Below, piece by piece: positions 1 through 11,689 of a stretch of 64,000 nt of DNA (its first letter is position 1; each line of letters starts with the position of its first letter). This DNA is from Eledone cirrhosa. Lineage: Eukaryota. The translations under genes were made by a program, and so were the position numbers. Location: NCBI GenBank assembly GCA_964016885.1, contig OZ024746.1:47492001-47556000 (forward strand), written 5' to 3'. Below the pieces are notes generated by a model. The model saw only the letters and a list, made by a program, of their open reading frames with translations. It was not told the origin of the DNA and did no database searches.

Positions 1-82
1 CATTATAATAGATAGGTTTAAACTGTAATTTAGAGTTTGATTCATTGTGTTCAAGTTATGTGCTTGATGAAAACTGACTTAA

Positions 83-300
83 CACTTTAGCATTTACATT
101 ACTCTATATTTACTATTATATTTTCGTGGTAAAGGCTTTACCTCACATAATTATCTCACATAATATCGAATCTATGAGATTTTGATATTATTTATTTTGA
201 GAATACCTTAATATCAGTATGAGCAGCCAGTTATGGCCAGTTTGAACAGAAAGAGGTGAGAGAATTCTAGCTGGATATGGCCGGTTTAAATGCTAAAGGG
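83..300 (+). mobile_element. piggyBac-type MITE family A
   Basis: TTAA-C(A)CTTTAGCATTTA...TAAATGCTAAAGGG-TTAA, i.e. TIRs plus a TTAA target duplication. ~218 bp, six copies in the window. Confidence 0.85.
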
Positions 301-713
301 TTAAGGCTCCAACAAATACATTATAATAGACATGTTTAAACTTAAATTTAGAGTTTGATTCACTGTGTTCAAGTTATGTGCTTGATGAAAAATGACTTAA
401 GTAAGAAAACCTACAATATCACTGCCTTGTCTTTTGCTTTTATCAACATCATTGTTGCCACTGTCATCATTATTGACATCGACATCCTCAATGTCAACTA
501 TGAATCATGTACAATCTACAGTTGTTCCAGTTGCCATGATTCCAAACATGCTAAATGAGTTGAAATGGATAGAATTAAAATAGTATCAGAAACAAAATGC
601 TAGCACTATTTCTTTGACGCTGAAACTGAAAGGGTCAACCAAATCAACCAGTTAACCTACCAACCAAGTAAGCAAGCAATTATAAAAAAAACATAGGTAA
701 ACTAGCTACTCAC

Positions 714-842
714 ATCAGGGTCTTCTGAAAATTTTTTCTTCACCACTCGACCCAAGCTCTTTTCAATGCCAGCTGTTGTTTTAAGAAGTAACTCATTCTG
801 CTGATCAACAATAGTAACCTTGTGTCCAGTTGTAGCAGCAAC
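714..842 (-). CDS. HADH: HADH coding exon 2
   Basis: TTTTTTTCAATTTCAG acceptor, 129 nt = VAATTGHKVTIVDQQNELLLKTTAGIEKSLGRVVKKKFSEDPD, GTGAGT donor. Continues exon 1 in frame and matches the HADH pattern VAAxTGHxVxLVD...IExSLxxVxKKKF. The gene continues beyond the window start. Confidence 0.93.
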
Positions 843-2004
843 CTGAAATTGAAAAAAATCTATATATAAATTTGAGCAACTTCCATCCGTCCTTCTGTCA
901 CACATTAGAGATGACTGAGGAAGGAAGGGGTGATGACAAACTACAGAAAACAGTGTCTAACATTCACTACAAGTGTGTACAATCTACATGCGCACACATC
1001 CACGTTAGTGTGTTGAAAAAAATTCTAGTAAAGTAAACTTCCTACAGGCATAGCTCTATGGTTAAGGACTTAATGTCAACTATTTGATTCTGGGTTCAAC
1101 CATGCTGTGTGATACCTTGGTTCACCAATAATAGCCTCTGGTTCACCAATACATTGTGGTACAAAAACTGCAGTAGCTCGTTTTGTGTGGGTGTGAGTGT
1201 GTGTGTGTGGGTGTGAGTGTGTGTGTGTGTGTTGTGTAACTTACTAGTTAAAAAAAAAAAGGGATCAATAGCTGATGCCACAACAAAAAACATCCAGTCA
1301 GTCCTGCACAGTGTTAGTGCTGGTGTCACAACAATGAAAAGCTGGTCCTACTGGTTCCACAATGAAAAGCCCCCAGTCAGCTCTGCACAATGTTAGTGCT
1401 GGTGTCACAACAAAAGCACTCATTCCACGCTGTAAGCAGGTCCTATTGGTGCCATAATGAAAAACACCTAGTCCACCCTATAAGGTGGTAGTGCTGGTGC
1501 TACAACAAAAGGCATCCAATCCACCCATAATGAAAAACACCCAGTCTTCTTTGTAAAATGACCAAGGCAGTGTCCCAGCATAGCTGCAGTCTGACGTCTG
1601 CTACAGAAGACCTACCCAATAACAACAGAACTATAGTAAAAGGAATATGATGTATCACCAACTATTGCAATATATATATAGATATATGTGAGTGTGTGTG
1701 TATATATATATATATATGTGTGTGAGTGTATATATCATCATCACCGTTTTACGTCCGTTCTTCCATGCTAGCATGGGTTAGACGGGTTGTCCTGTTGTGG
1801 GCAGTGTCCGGTCGGCTGACCTTGTCTTGCTCATACGGGAACTGATTCTGGCTTGATTTCTACAGCAACCTCATTTACAGTGAGTGCTGGGTGCTTTTTT
1901 TTTTCCATGGCACCTACACATCCACTTTACAGTGTGGGCTGGGTATTTTTTTGCCGTGGCACCTCCACGACCACTTTGCAGTGGAATCATAGAGACCCCA
2001 GTCC

Positions 2005-2152
2005 TATCATCTCATTTCTACAGCTGAGTAAACTGGAGCAATGTGAAATAAAGTGTCTTGCTCAAGGAAACAACACATCACCCGGTCTGAGAATTGAACT
2101 CACAACTTTTCCATTGCAAGCCCAATGCTCTAGCCACTAAGCCATGCGCCTT
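2005..2152 (-). mobile_element. tRNA-derived SINE
   Basis: A box TGGCTTAGTGG and B box GAGTTCAATTC, followed by TCCTTGAGCAAGACACTT central-domain-like sequence. Confidence 0.7.
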
Positions 2153-2183
2153 CAAATATATGTATATGTGAGTATAGTATATA

Positions 2184-2224
<41 letters not shown>

Positions 2225-2811
2225 TTATTAAAATAACAGATTAAAGTTTAAGCAAAGAATTGGATTTTAGTCTTCAAATGTATTATTATTACTATAGGAG
2301 TTGTGGTAAGGAACCAGATGGACCATAATGCACCAGAGTACTCAATACTTAGGGTAGTAGAGTGGGTAATAGGAAAATGTAATTCTAATTTAGTCCAGAA
2401 ATAACCGTTGAAATGGCTTGAGCTCTGCCGTCGGGGTCAGACATTTTCATATATATATATATAGGAGCAGTTCCGCAACAATTAACCATTCACGAGGACA
2501 ATTGTTTCACCTATATATATATAGGTTTCTTTACCTTTTAATCTTCCTCCTTTCATTTTGTTTTTTATCCTTAATCTTTTACCTTGTCCAGCCCATCTGT
2601 TGTGACCATGCTCTATTTTTGTAGCTACTTCTGGGGAGGTGTAAATACTTGACCAAATTGTAATTATCCTCAAATTACAATTATCAACTATTGAGTTTTA
2701 TTTCTTTTTTTTTTTTTTTTACACCTCTATTTTATTGCCAAAGATTTTGATTTAATCTTTTTGATCACTCCTCTTTTTTTTTTCTTTTTTGTCTTCATAT
2801 AACTTGCTACA

Positions 2812-3135
2812 AGGCAGCAAATTGGCAGAGTCGTTAGAAGGTCAGATAGAATGCTTTATGGTATTCATTCCAGCTCTCTGCTCTCTGAGTTGAAATCTGC
2901 CAACGTCAACTTTACCTTTCATCCTTTTGAGGTCAACAAAAAAAGTACCAGTCAAGTACTGAGGTCGATTCTTCCTCTATATCTCTTTCTCATTTCCTCT
3001 CCCTCACTTTCTACCTTTCTCTGGAAGAAATCTGCTGTACTCAGGCCTGGGCTCCTCCAGGCTTAAAATGCCCAAATGCTGTATGTCAGTACGGTGCTCC
3101 TGCAACTCTATCAGGAGTTACAGGACCATACACAC
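2812..3135 (+). mobile_element. tRNA-derived SINE with extended tail (inverted homolog at ~14172-14498)
   Basis: TGGCAGAGTCGTTAG head, GAGTTGAAATC B-box-like sequence and CCTTTCATCCTTT core. The ~160-bp tail is shared with the 14.2-kb copy. Confidence 0.75.
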
Positions 3136-3952
3136 CACTTGCAACATACCTCTCAGTACTTGTAATACAGAGGTCAGCCCCAAAAAAAACTAACAAAAAT
3201 ATAAATCATACTCTATCACTTTAAAATTATTTATGTATTTTATTCCTTTATTCATTGACATAATTATTCAGCTACAAACCACAAAAACTGCATGCACTTG
3301 TTTTTCATTTATTAGCTTTACTGTTTCTGGAAATTGAGCTTTTTTTGTTTTTCGTATATAATCTTATAACATGCTTAATTCTGTTCCCTCCCTTGAATTA
3401 AGAAATCAAAGTCTAATGTTCAGTTTAAGCATTTTTTTTTTTTTTGTACTTTTGTTTTTGTACTTTTTTATTTCTGAAATCTAACTGATAACAAACAGCA
3501 TTCTAAGTCATAAATTTCTATTTCAAATAAAACTTTGTAAATCTGAACATCAAATACTCTAATTATTATCATGTAGACTTTGATTTAAGTTGTTCTTTTT
3601 TTTCTTTTTCTTGCTTGGCGAAAGGGATTTTTATTTTATTTTTCCTCTCTACTTTCCGCTTCTACTGTATATAGTTTAAAGGAGTGTGACTAGGAATAAT
3701 CAACAGTAAGCAGAGCTAGCAATCTAGCACAAACTACTATAAAGAGCAACATTTTCAACAACACAACAATATTTATATCTATTATACTTATTTTTTTCTC
3801 AAATTCTTACAATAATATAAGCATGGATGAGAGAATTGCTCCTACAATATAGAATTGATGCTAGTTAGTACTAATTTAATTGACCCAGGAGAAACGAATT
3901 ATAGAGGTGATCTTGGAGAGATTTGAACAAATAAATGTATTTATTTATTATT

Positions 3953-4195
3953 ATTACGGGGTCGATAAAATAAAGTACCAGTAATGCACTGGGTATTTGC
4001 TGGCCTTGTGCCTAAAGTAGAAACAATTATTATGGTGGTTTGGCAGTATCGGTAGAGGGTTAGATACCATGGTTTGCAGCATAGTTATGGTCCTTTACGT
4101 TTTGAGTTCAAATCCCGCCGAGGTTAACTTTGCCTTTCATCCTTATGGGGTCGATAAAATAAAGTACCAGTAATGCACTGGGGTTGATTTAATGG
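3953..4195 (+). mobile_element. SINE tail fragment followed by a full SINE
   Basis: TGGCAGTATCGGTAGAG...GAGTTCAAATCCCGCCGAGG...GCCTTTCATCCTTA.GGGGTCGATAAAATAAAGTACCAG. Confidence 0.82.
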
Positions 4196-4938
4196 AACTT
4201 TTGCTGACACATTCCACAACCTAGCTATTTCTACATTTAACGAAACTGTTATTCACTGAAGAAAGGGGGTTGAGTCGAGGGAACATCAACATGTTTGTTT
4301 GATTTGCTTAATTAAAGTAACAAATTAAAATAACCCGCAAACAACTTACAATTAAAAAAAAAAAGATGGGATTGCCATGTCTCTTATCACAGATCTTCTC
4401 GGTGAGAGCAGACCTATAGCTTAACAAATGTTAACACCTTTTTTTTTAGTTCTGCATAGTCTTGTTCATTATATAAATTGTATTGACAAGGTGCCATTAA
4501 TACTTCTTACAACAACAGGGAGGGGGCCAGGTTGTACGTGTGCGTGTTCTATATCGTGTACGTGTAAGACACATAATTGATTGACTTGTCCAAAACAGAA
4601 ATTACCACTAATATATGGTGAATTAGCCCTGTCGAACTGATGAGAAAAGATTTCCATTTTCGAGAAAATATGCACCAATATGATTCGGGACCGTAAATTT
4701 ATCGACAGTACAATGCTCCGTTGAATGTTGACGGTGACTATCTTATTAGTTACCAACTATTTACAACGACAAGCTGAGCGACTTGGCAATACGCCTAGCT
4801 GTAAATGTGGAAACCTGTTCAGCCTTCAACGAGTTCAAACTCTTATTCAGTAAATTACAAACGTTATGAGAAAGCACAAATTGAACAACCTTCATTACAT
4901 AAAATTTCGATTAACCTCTAAATATGTAACAAACATAC

Positions 4939-5046
4939 CTGTGCAATTCCACTCCCCATCAATCCTCCGCCGATTACTGTTACATGTTTAATGCGGCTGA
5001 TATTAGAGAGACTGCGTGCCTGGATTCTAGTTAAGTTAGAAAGCAT
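4939..5046 (-). CDS. HADH: Mitochondrial short-chain 3-hydroxyacyl-CoA dehydrogenase, coding exon 1
   Basis: 108 nt = MLSNLTRIQARSLSNISRIKHVTVIGGGLMGSGIAQ. It has an Arg/Ser-rich targeting-like N-terminus and the HADH Rossmann motif KHVTVIGGGLMGSGIAQ, and ends at a CAG|GTATGT donor (phase 0). Confidence 0.93.
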
Positions 5047-5379
5047 CTTGTCTCGGAGAATGACCGATGTGGTAGAAGATTTCGAAGCGGTAACCAAGGC
5101 GGATAACTCTAATCTAATAAGTGCAAATAATAACAAAGTCAATAAGTGGGTCTCTTCTTAAAAATGTTCATATCTATGTAAATGGGACAAGAAGACTATC
5201 AACTAAGTTATCACCTCTCTCTCTCTCTACATATATATATATAAGCAAAGGGATATTTAATTTGTTTGTAATTCAACAAATATATATATTTAAAACTGAT
5301 TCGAAGCACTCGACAAGTTTTCTGGAGTATAATATCAATGATATTAATAAATGGAAACTATATTTATAAAACCATATTT

Positions 5380-5438
5380 ATTCTATTATATATATTTCAA
5401 GGGTACCAAAACTTTGGTACGCACTCATCAGATAAAAT
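5380..5438 (-). ncRNA. Minimal type-I hammerhead ribozyme, intact core with weakened stem II
   Basis: AUUUUAU-CUGAUGA-GUGCGUACC-AAAGUUUU-GGUACCCUU-GAAA-UAUAUA-UA^-AUAGAAU. Stem I has 7 bp, stem II has two mismatches, stem III is palindromic. Confidence 0.7.
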
Positions 5439-5567
5439 ACAAAGTTTGTTTTATAAATATTGACATATCCAAGAACGAGTTCTTAACGGTTCGAGTTTTT
5501 CCTGGAAAAACTTGAACCGTTAAGATCTCGTTCCTGGATATGTCAATATTTATAAAACAAACTTTGT

Positions 5568-5626
5568 ATTTTATCTAATGAGAGCGTACCAAAGTGTTGG
5601 TACCCTTGAAATATATATAATAGAAT
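5568..5626 (+). ncRNA. Hammerhead ribozyme copy with G5A core substitution (probably inactive)
   Basis: AUUUUAU-CUAAUGA-GAGCGUACC...GGUACCCUU-GAAA-UAUAUA-UA-AUAGAAU. The CUGAUGA core is changed to CUAAUGA. Confidence 0.65.
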
Positions 5627-6724
5627 AAATATGGTTTTATAAATATAGTTTCCATTTATTAATATTATAACAGGGCCACTGGGTTGTATGAATTATAACA
5701 AAGACACTCGGCCTCTCCTGATCTGAACACACCCGATTTCATTGATAGGAGCGAGTGATAGCGGAATGGAGATAGAATCAACCCTAGTACTGGTCTGATA
5801 CCTTTTTTATCGACTTAAGAGGTTGTCTTACAGGGTGAAAACATAATATTCTAGAGCTAGCTGGGAAGAGAAATTGCCATGATCAATATGCTGGAAAGAA
5901 ATTTGCATGAATTTATACTGCGTAAACAGTAAGATTTCTAGTAGAGTAGCAACAACCAGTTCATATGATGCATTATATATATATATCATCATCATCTTCA
6001 TCCGATAGCACATGGTTCCAACAAGTGGGCAGTGCATATGGGTTAGCCCAGGGCAGCTTGAATAAGCTATTAGTTGCTAAAAATAGCAGTCCATAGTTAA
6101 TCAAGTAGACAAAGGCTCAATTATATTAATTAATAAATTAGGAGCCCAAATACATCAAATTATAATATAGAGTTAGAAACTCACAATAGTCCCCTATGAT
6201 CAAGGGAGCTCAAGGAAAAGAGACCGAGCTCTTTATAAATCATAGCAATGAGAGAAGGCACACAATAAATTATGTCAGCTAATAGGGGATAAAGTACCAC
6301 CCTGGTAAAGCACATAAAAACTACAGATGGAGCGGTAAATACAAATTAATAAAATGATAACCAAAGTGTACATACCTCCACTATAACGATATACACCCAG
6401 ACATAAGATATACGCTATGTATGTATGGATGTATGACCTCCCTTAAAAAAGCTTCAAGCACAGGCATCGCTTGATATGTGACATTTTTTGCGATGCATGG
6501 CATGGCTGGCCATAGGCAAGTCCCTAGCAGGACTAAAAAGCCATGCCCGTGATGCTCAGGCTTAAGTATCAAGCAATGGCATTACTCAAAATTGAGTTTC
6601 AGCCATCATGTATGCATGTGTGTATATATATAAACTACTAACTACTTCTAGTGAGTCATGGGAAGTTCAAAGACTTAATCCCATAGACACTGTTACTAAT
6701 AACTATAAATATATATATATATAT

Positions 6725-6763
<39 letters not shown>

Positions 6764-6764
<1 letters not shown>

Positions 6765-7240
6765 ATTTATGTCCGCTTTTCCCTGAAAGGGTGGGATGGG
6801 TCCTATTCAGCACAGCATCGCTCCACTTGTCATGGTCCTTCGTCATCTCCACCGTGAGCTTCAGTAATCTCAAGTCTGCTCTCACCACCTCTGCCCATGT
6901 TTTTTGCGGTCAACCTCTACTACGTCTTCCGTCAACTGGCATTTCTTGGCACTTCTTCACCCATCGGTCATCTTCCATGTGCATCACATGTCCATACCAT
7001 CGCAGTCTCCTCTCCCGCACACTACAATTTATCCCTCTCAGACACAGTTTCTCTCTCAACACATCTATGCTTGGTCGTTCACGCACATTGACATTGCACA
7101 TCCAACGGAGCATGCTTGTCTCATTTCTCTCCAGCTGTCGCATATCCTCTGCAGTTGTTGCCCATGTCTCACTACCATGCAGCATCGCACTCCTCACACA
7201 GGCATTATATAACCGTCCTTTCGTACGTCGGGATGATGCA
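6764..7240 (-). mobile_element. RTE-clade LINE 3' fragment
   Basis: ORF with MLHGSETW...MLRWMC...RRLRWYGHVM...GRRSRG; the tail ends in an (ATG)n repeat. Confidence 0.88.
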
Positions 7241-7637
7241 GCTCATATGATATATATCATCATCATCACCGTTTAACGTCTATCTTCTACGCTAGCATGG
7301 GTTTAGACGGGAATTGTCCCACTTGAGGCAAGATTGGTTGTCTTGCTCATATAGGACTGTCTGGCTGGATGCACTTCCTAACACCTACCACGTTTACGGT
7401 GTGGACTCGGAGGTTTTTACCGTGTTACCTACACGGCCACATTACAGCGTGGTCTGTGTGTTTTTGTCGTGACACCTACACAACCTCATTTATTTAGGAC
7501 TGGATGTTGTGGTACCAACATAACTTTACAGAGAAAGGGGTGGTGTTGATGGGGGTAGGGGTAGTGGGATGGGGGTGTATTTTTGGTTAAGAGGTGCCTA
7601 CTGACTGTAGGTTTTGCTTTGTACTTAGGCAAAGATC

Positions 7638-8980
7638 TCAGTCCAGTGACATTGTCTTGGAGAGGTGTAAGTGTGTAAGGCCGGAATTTATCAAATCGTC
7701 CCAGGTTTTTCTGGCTCTGCCTACTCCGTAGCTTCTATCAATTTTGATCACCCTACACTTTTTTATACAGCTGTTGTCTTTCATGCGCATCACGTGACCA
7801 TACCAATGTAGTCTTCTCTCGAGTAAACGCCATCTGATCCCTCTTATTCCTAATTTCTCACTTAGTTCATTTATGCTTTGCCGTTCATGTATATTACTAT
7901 TACACATCCAACGGCGCATGCAAGCTTCGTTCCTCTCCAGTCTGCGCAGATCCTCTGCACACAATGCCCATGTCTCACTGCCATGTAACATTTCTGTTCG
8001 TATGCAGGCATCATACATTCTGCCTTTCATTTTTAGAGAGAAACCTTTAGCGGCCAATAGTGGTATAAACTCTCTGAATTTTTTCCATCCCGTTCTGACT
8101 CTGGCGACTCTACTTTCAGAGCACCCTCCACCACTGCTGATTTTCTCACCCAGGTAACGGAAGGTGTCCACTATTTCTATAGAACCATCTGGGTAATGGA
8201 AGGAGCTAGTATCCTGTGGGCACTTGCTACTTATTGCACCTGAGCACCGCCCACATATAAAATCTATGTTCTTAGTTAGCTTACCTGTGATCCCACTACA
8301 TCTTTTATGCACCCATACTTTGCATTTGGGATATAAAATGGAGTTTCTGCCTACTCCTTTCCTACACACTGAGCATGGCCATTTCCCAGAGGGGACCAGT
8401 GCCCTATTTTCCTTCCTACATACTAGAACTTTAGTCTTAGACAAGTTAACTTTAAGGCCTTTTGATTCTAGGCCCTGCTTCCATGTTTGGAATATCTTCT
8501 CTAGTTCAGCCATCGATTCAGCTATGAGCGTTAGATCATCTGCATATAGAAGTTCCCATGGGCAGCCGGTCTTGAACTCCTGTTATAGCCTGAAGGGCAA
8601 TAAAAAATAGGAGCGTCTAAGGACAGAGCCCTGGTGAACACCAACTTTTACACTAAATTCTTGACTATTAATTAATTCTGACCTTGCTGACTGTTTCTTT
8701 ATACATACATGGCTTGTATAGCTCTCACAAGCCATTCATCAACACCTAGTTTTCTAAGAGCCCACCAGATAATGGAGCAGGGGACTTTGTCAAAGGTTTT
8801 CTCCAAGTCAACAAAATCTAAGTATAGGGGGTTTACTTTTAGCTAGGTACTTCTCCTGTCGTTGTCGTAGAAGGAAAAGAGCGTTTGTGGTACTTTTACC
8901 TGACACAAACCCAAACTGCATTTCATCTAGATCAATTCACTCTCTGATTAGTTGCGCTATAACTCTTTCTGTGACCTTCA
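7638..8980 (-). mobile_element. RTE-clade LINE, 5'-truncated and degenerate (RT, Cys-rich insert, C-terminus)
   Basis: VDLEKTFDKV, GVHQGSV, PWELLYADDL, KWPCSVCRKGVG, MLHGSETW and WYGHVMR motifs. Confidence 0.92.
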
Positions 8981-9260
8981 TCATCATCATCATCATCACC
9001 GTTTTACGTCCGTTCTTCCACGATAGCATGGGTTAGACGGGTTGTCCTGTTGTGAGCAGTGTCTGGTCGGCTGACCATGCCTTGCTCATACAGGAACTGA
9101 TGTGGCTTGATTTCTACAGCTGGATGCCCTTCCTAACACCAACCTCATTTACAGTGAGTGCTGGGTGCTTTTTCGTGACGCCTACACGTCCACTTTACAG
9201 TGTGGGCTGGGTGCTTTTTTGCCATGGCACCTCCACGACCACCTTGCAGTGGGGGGTGTG
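8980..9260 (-). mobile_element. RTE-tailed short element (homologs ~1735-1985, 7256-7530, 24120-24500, 31385-31610)
   Basis: Shared (CAT)n-CGTTTTACGTCCG..CCATGCTAGCATGGGTT and CTACAGCTGGATGCCCTTCCTAAC motifs. Confidence 0.7.
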
Positions 9261-9319
9261 GGGGCATATTGTCTATATGCTTCAGCTTGTACCCATGGGA
9301 GGTCGGGTACTCTGTATTA

Positions 9320-10535
9320 ATGCGTGACGCCAGAGGTGTAATTGGGTAAGGTCGGTTTTTATCACCTCATCTCAGGTCATCTTGGGTCTCCCCACTCAGC
9401 GGTTTCCATCGACTTCTAGTGCTCTGCACCTTTTTATGCAGCTGTCATCCTTCATACGCATCACATGTCGATACCAACGCAATCGCCTCTCCTGCACACA
9501 GCATTTGATTCCTCTTATGCTCAGTCTCTCTCTCAATTCATTTATGCTTTGTCGTTCGCGTATATTACTATTACACATCCATCGGAGCATGCAGGCTTCG
9601 TTTCTCTTTAATCTACGTAAGTCTTCCACCTTCAGCGCTCAGGTCTCACTACCATGCAACATCGCTGTTCGGATACACGCATCATACAGTCTGCCTTTCA
9701 TTTTGAGGGAGAAGCCTTTTGCAGCTAGCAGTGGTAGTAGTTCCCTAAACTTCTTCCATCCCGTTCTTACCCTTGTTATTATACTTTCTGAACACCCACC
9801 TCCGCTGCTAATTCGGTCACCTAGGTAGCAGAAGCTGTCTACTGTTTCTACAGAGCCCTCCCAGAGATTGGTGGTACTTGTTTCCTGTGGCTGTTTGCTG
9901 CTTGCTGCATGTGAAGCCTACATTCTTAATTAAGCTTCCTGATATCCCGCTACATCTCTTGTGTACCCATTGTTTGCATTTGGGGCAAAGAATGGAGTTC
10001 CTACCTATACCTTTCCTACATACTGAGCAAGGCCATTTCCCTGAGGGGATCTGGGTTCTGATTTCTCGTCTACTTACAAGGACCTTAGTCTTTGTCATGT
10101 TGACTTTGAGACCCTTTCTTTCTAGTCCCTGCTTCCAAGTTTGGAATTCCTTCTCTAGTTCTACCTATTCAGCTATAAGTGCGAGGTCATCAGCATACAG
10201 GAGTTCCCATGGGCATCCGGTCTTAAACTCCTCCGTTATTGCCTGCAGGACAATGATGAACAGGAGGGGGCTAAGAACAGAGCCCTGGTGGATCCCAACC
10301 TGTACGGTAAATTCCTCGCTATACTCATTGCTAATCCTGGTCAATTAATTTAATGCCTCTATAGTTTCCCCTATCTAGGGCATCTCCTTTACCCTTGTAG
10401 CAGTTAATGATGATGCTGATACGCCAGTCATTTGGTATGACCCCATTCTGTATGACTTGGTTTACTATCCGGGTGACCATAGTGTGTCCCACTGATCCAG
10501 ATGTTTTCAGCACTTCAGCAACTATCTCCGAAGGC

Positions 10536-10538
<3 letters not shown>
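9320..10538 (-). mobile_element. RTE-clade LINE, truncated, with an internal deletion near 10335
   Basis: IPNDWR..CYKGKGDALDRGNYRGIKL is joined directly to the region just upstream of VGIHQGSVLSPLLF and PWELLYADDL. Same family as 7638-8980. Confidence 0.92.
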
Positions 10539-10570
<32 letters not shown>

Positions 10571-10711
10571 GTGTTAAACAATATTCAATGAGTATGTCAA
10601 AGAATGAGTTTTACAGTAGATTGGAAGCACTCTACGGTAAAAATAATTTTCCGGAGTTATTAATATTAAAATATAAATATTAATAAAATAGATGTTCTTT
10701 TGATTATTTAT

Positions 10712-10764
10712 ATTTTATTATACATATTTCGGATGTACAACAGTACGTCCTCATCAGACAAAAT
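10712..10764 (-). ncRNA. Minimal type-I hammerhead ribozyme (identical copy, opposite strand)
   Basis: Exact reverse complement of 10878-10930. Confidence 0.85.
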
Positions 10765-10877
10765 ATGATACATGACATACCCTGAGATGTTAAATGGTTA
10801 AGATTTAATTAATGTAGTCTACTACCTTGATTAAATCTTAACCATTTAACATCTCAGGGTATGTCATGTATCATTAT

Positions 10878-10930
10878 ATTTTGTCTGATGAGGACGTACT
10901 GTTGTACATCCGAAATATGTATAATAAAAT
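10878..10930 (+). ncRNA. Minimal type-I hammerhead ribozyme
   Basis: AUUUUGU-CUGAUGA-GGACGUAC-UGUU-GUACAUCC-GAAA-UAUGUA-UA^-AUAAAAU. The core is intact, with a 7-bp stem I, a 7/8-bp stem II, and a short self-complementary stem III typical of Penelope-associated hammerheads. Confidence 0.85.
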
Positions 10931-10972
10931 GTAATTGATCAAAAGAACATCTATTTTATTAATATTTATATA

Positions 10973-11023
<51 letters not shown>

Positions 11024-11689
11024 ACAAGGTCATATGATGCAAATAGGTCATATGAAAATAGTTATTAGTAACAGTGTCTATGGAATGAAGTCCTTGAACT
11101 TCCAATGACTCACTAGAAGTAGTTAGTAGTTTCTGTTATCTATATGATCTAATTAATAGTACAAGTGGTTGTGACAAGTGCTTAGTGGGTGCAAGCAAGA
11201 CTCCATGTTAATAAATTCACTTTTCAATTATGTGGTTCTGTGTTCACAGCCCTGTCTTTGTAATATAACCTCAACTTGACAAAAGTCTTGTGACTGAAAT
11301 TAAGTAAACAGAAACTGTGCTGAAACCCATGGATGGACTAGAGCTGATGAGTCATAGTTGTTCTTCCCGTTCTCCTATTCCATATAAAAAAATCATAGAT
11401 ACTGACCTTCTACCCCTACTAACCCATAAAACATAGGATGGTTAGCAACAAAGTAATTTTCTCTTTATGCAGCAAACTAAAGGAAGAGTATGTAAAGAGA
11501 ATAATACTACATGAAAATGAAATTTGAGTATTGAGATGATTAGCAGAGGTTGAAGAAAAATGAAATAAATATATATGGCATGGTTAACCTACAGAGAAGA
11601 CCACAGTCGCAGCTTATAAGTGAAAGTGGTTCAGCATTAGTTATCAGCTAATGTAGGCAGAGGAGACAACTGTGCTCAATCAGACGTGA

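Larger units (their letters stand above)
5341..5665. repeat. 325-bp near-perfect palindrome (fold-back element, probably Penelope-derived)
   Basis: 162-bp arms about a 1-nt centre at 5503 (GTTTTTCC-T-GGAAAAAC), with about six mismatches. Each arm carries a hammerhead. Confidence 0.92.
10566..10981. mobile_element. Fold-back element with ~320-bp palindrome (~10660-10980) inserted in (TA)n, probably Penelope-derived
   Basis: Arms meet near 10819 and each carries a hammerhead. (TA)n lies on both sides. The unpaired left extension shares GAAGCACTC...TTTTCYGGAGT with the flank of the 5341 palindrome. Confidence 0.8.

Noticed and set aside
4033-4195. tRNA genes
   Set aside because: A/B boxes are present but there is no cloverleaf; these are multicopy SINE heads.
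6608-10348. Plus-strand ORFs of 90-220 aa
   Set aside because: Antisense shadows of the minus-strand RTE LINE fragments.
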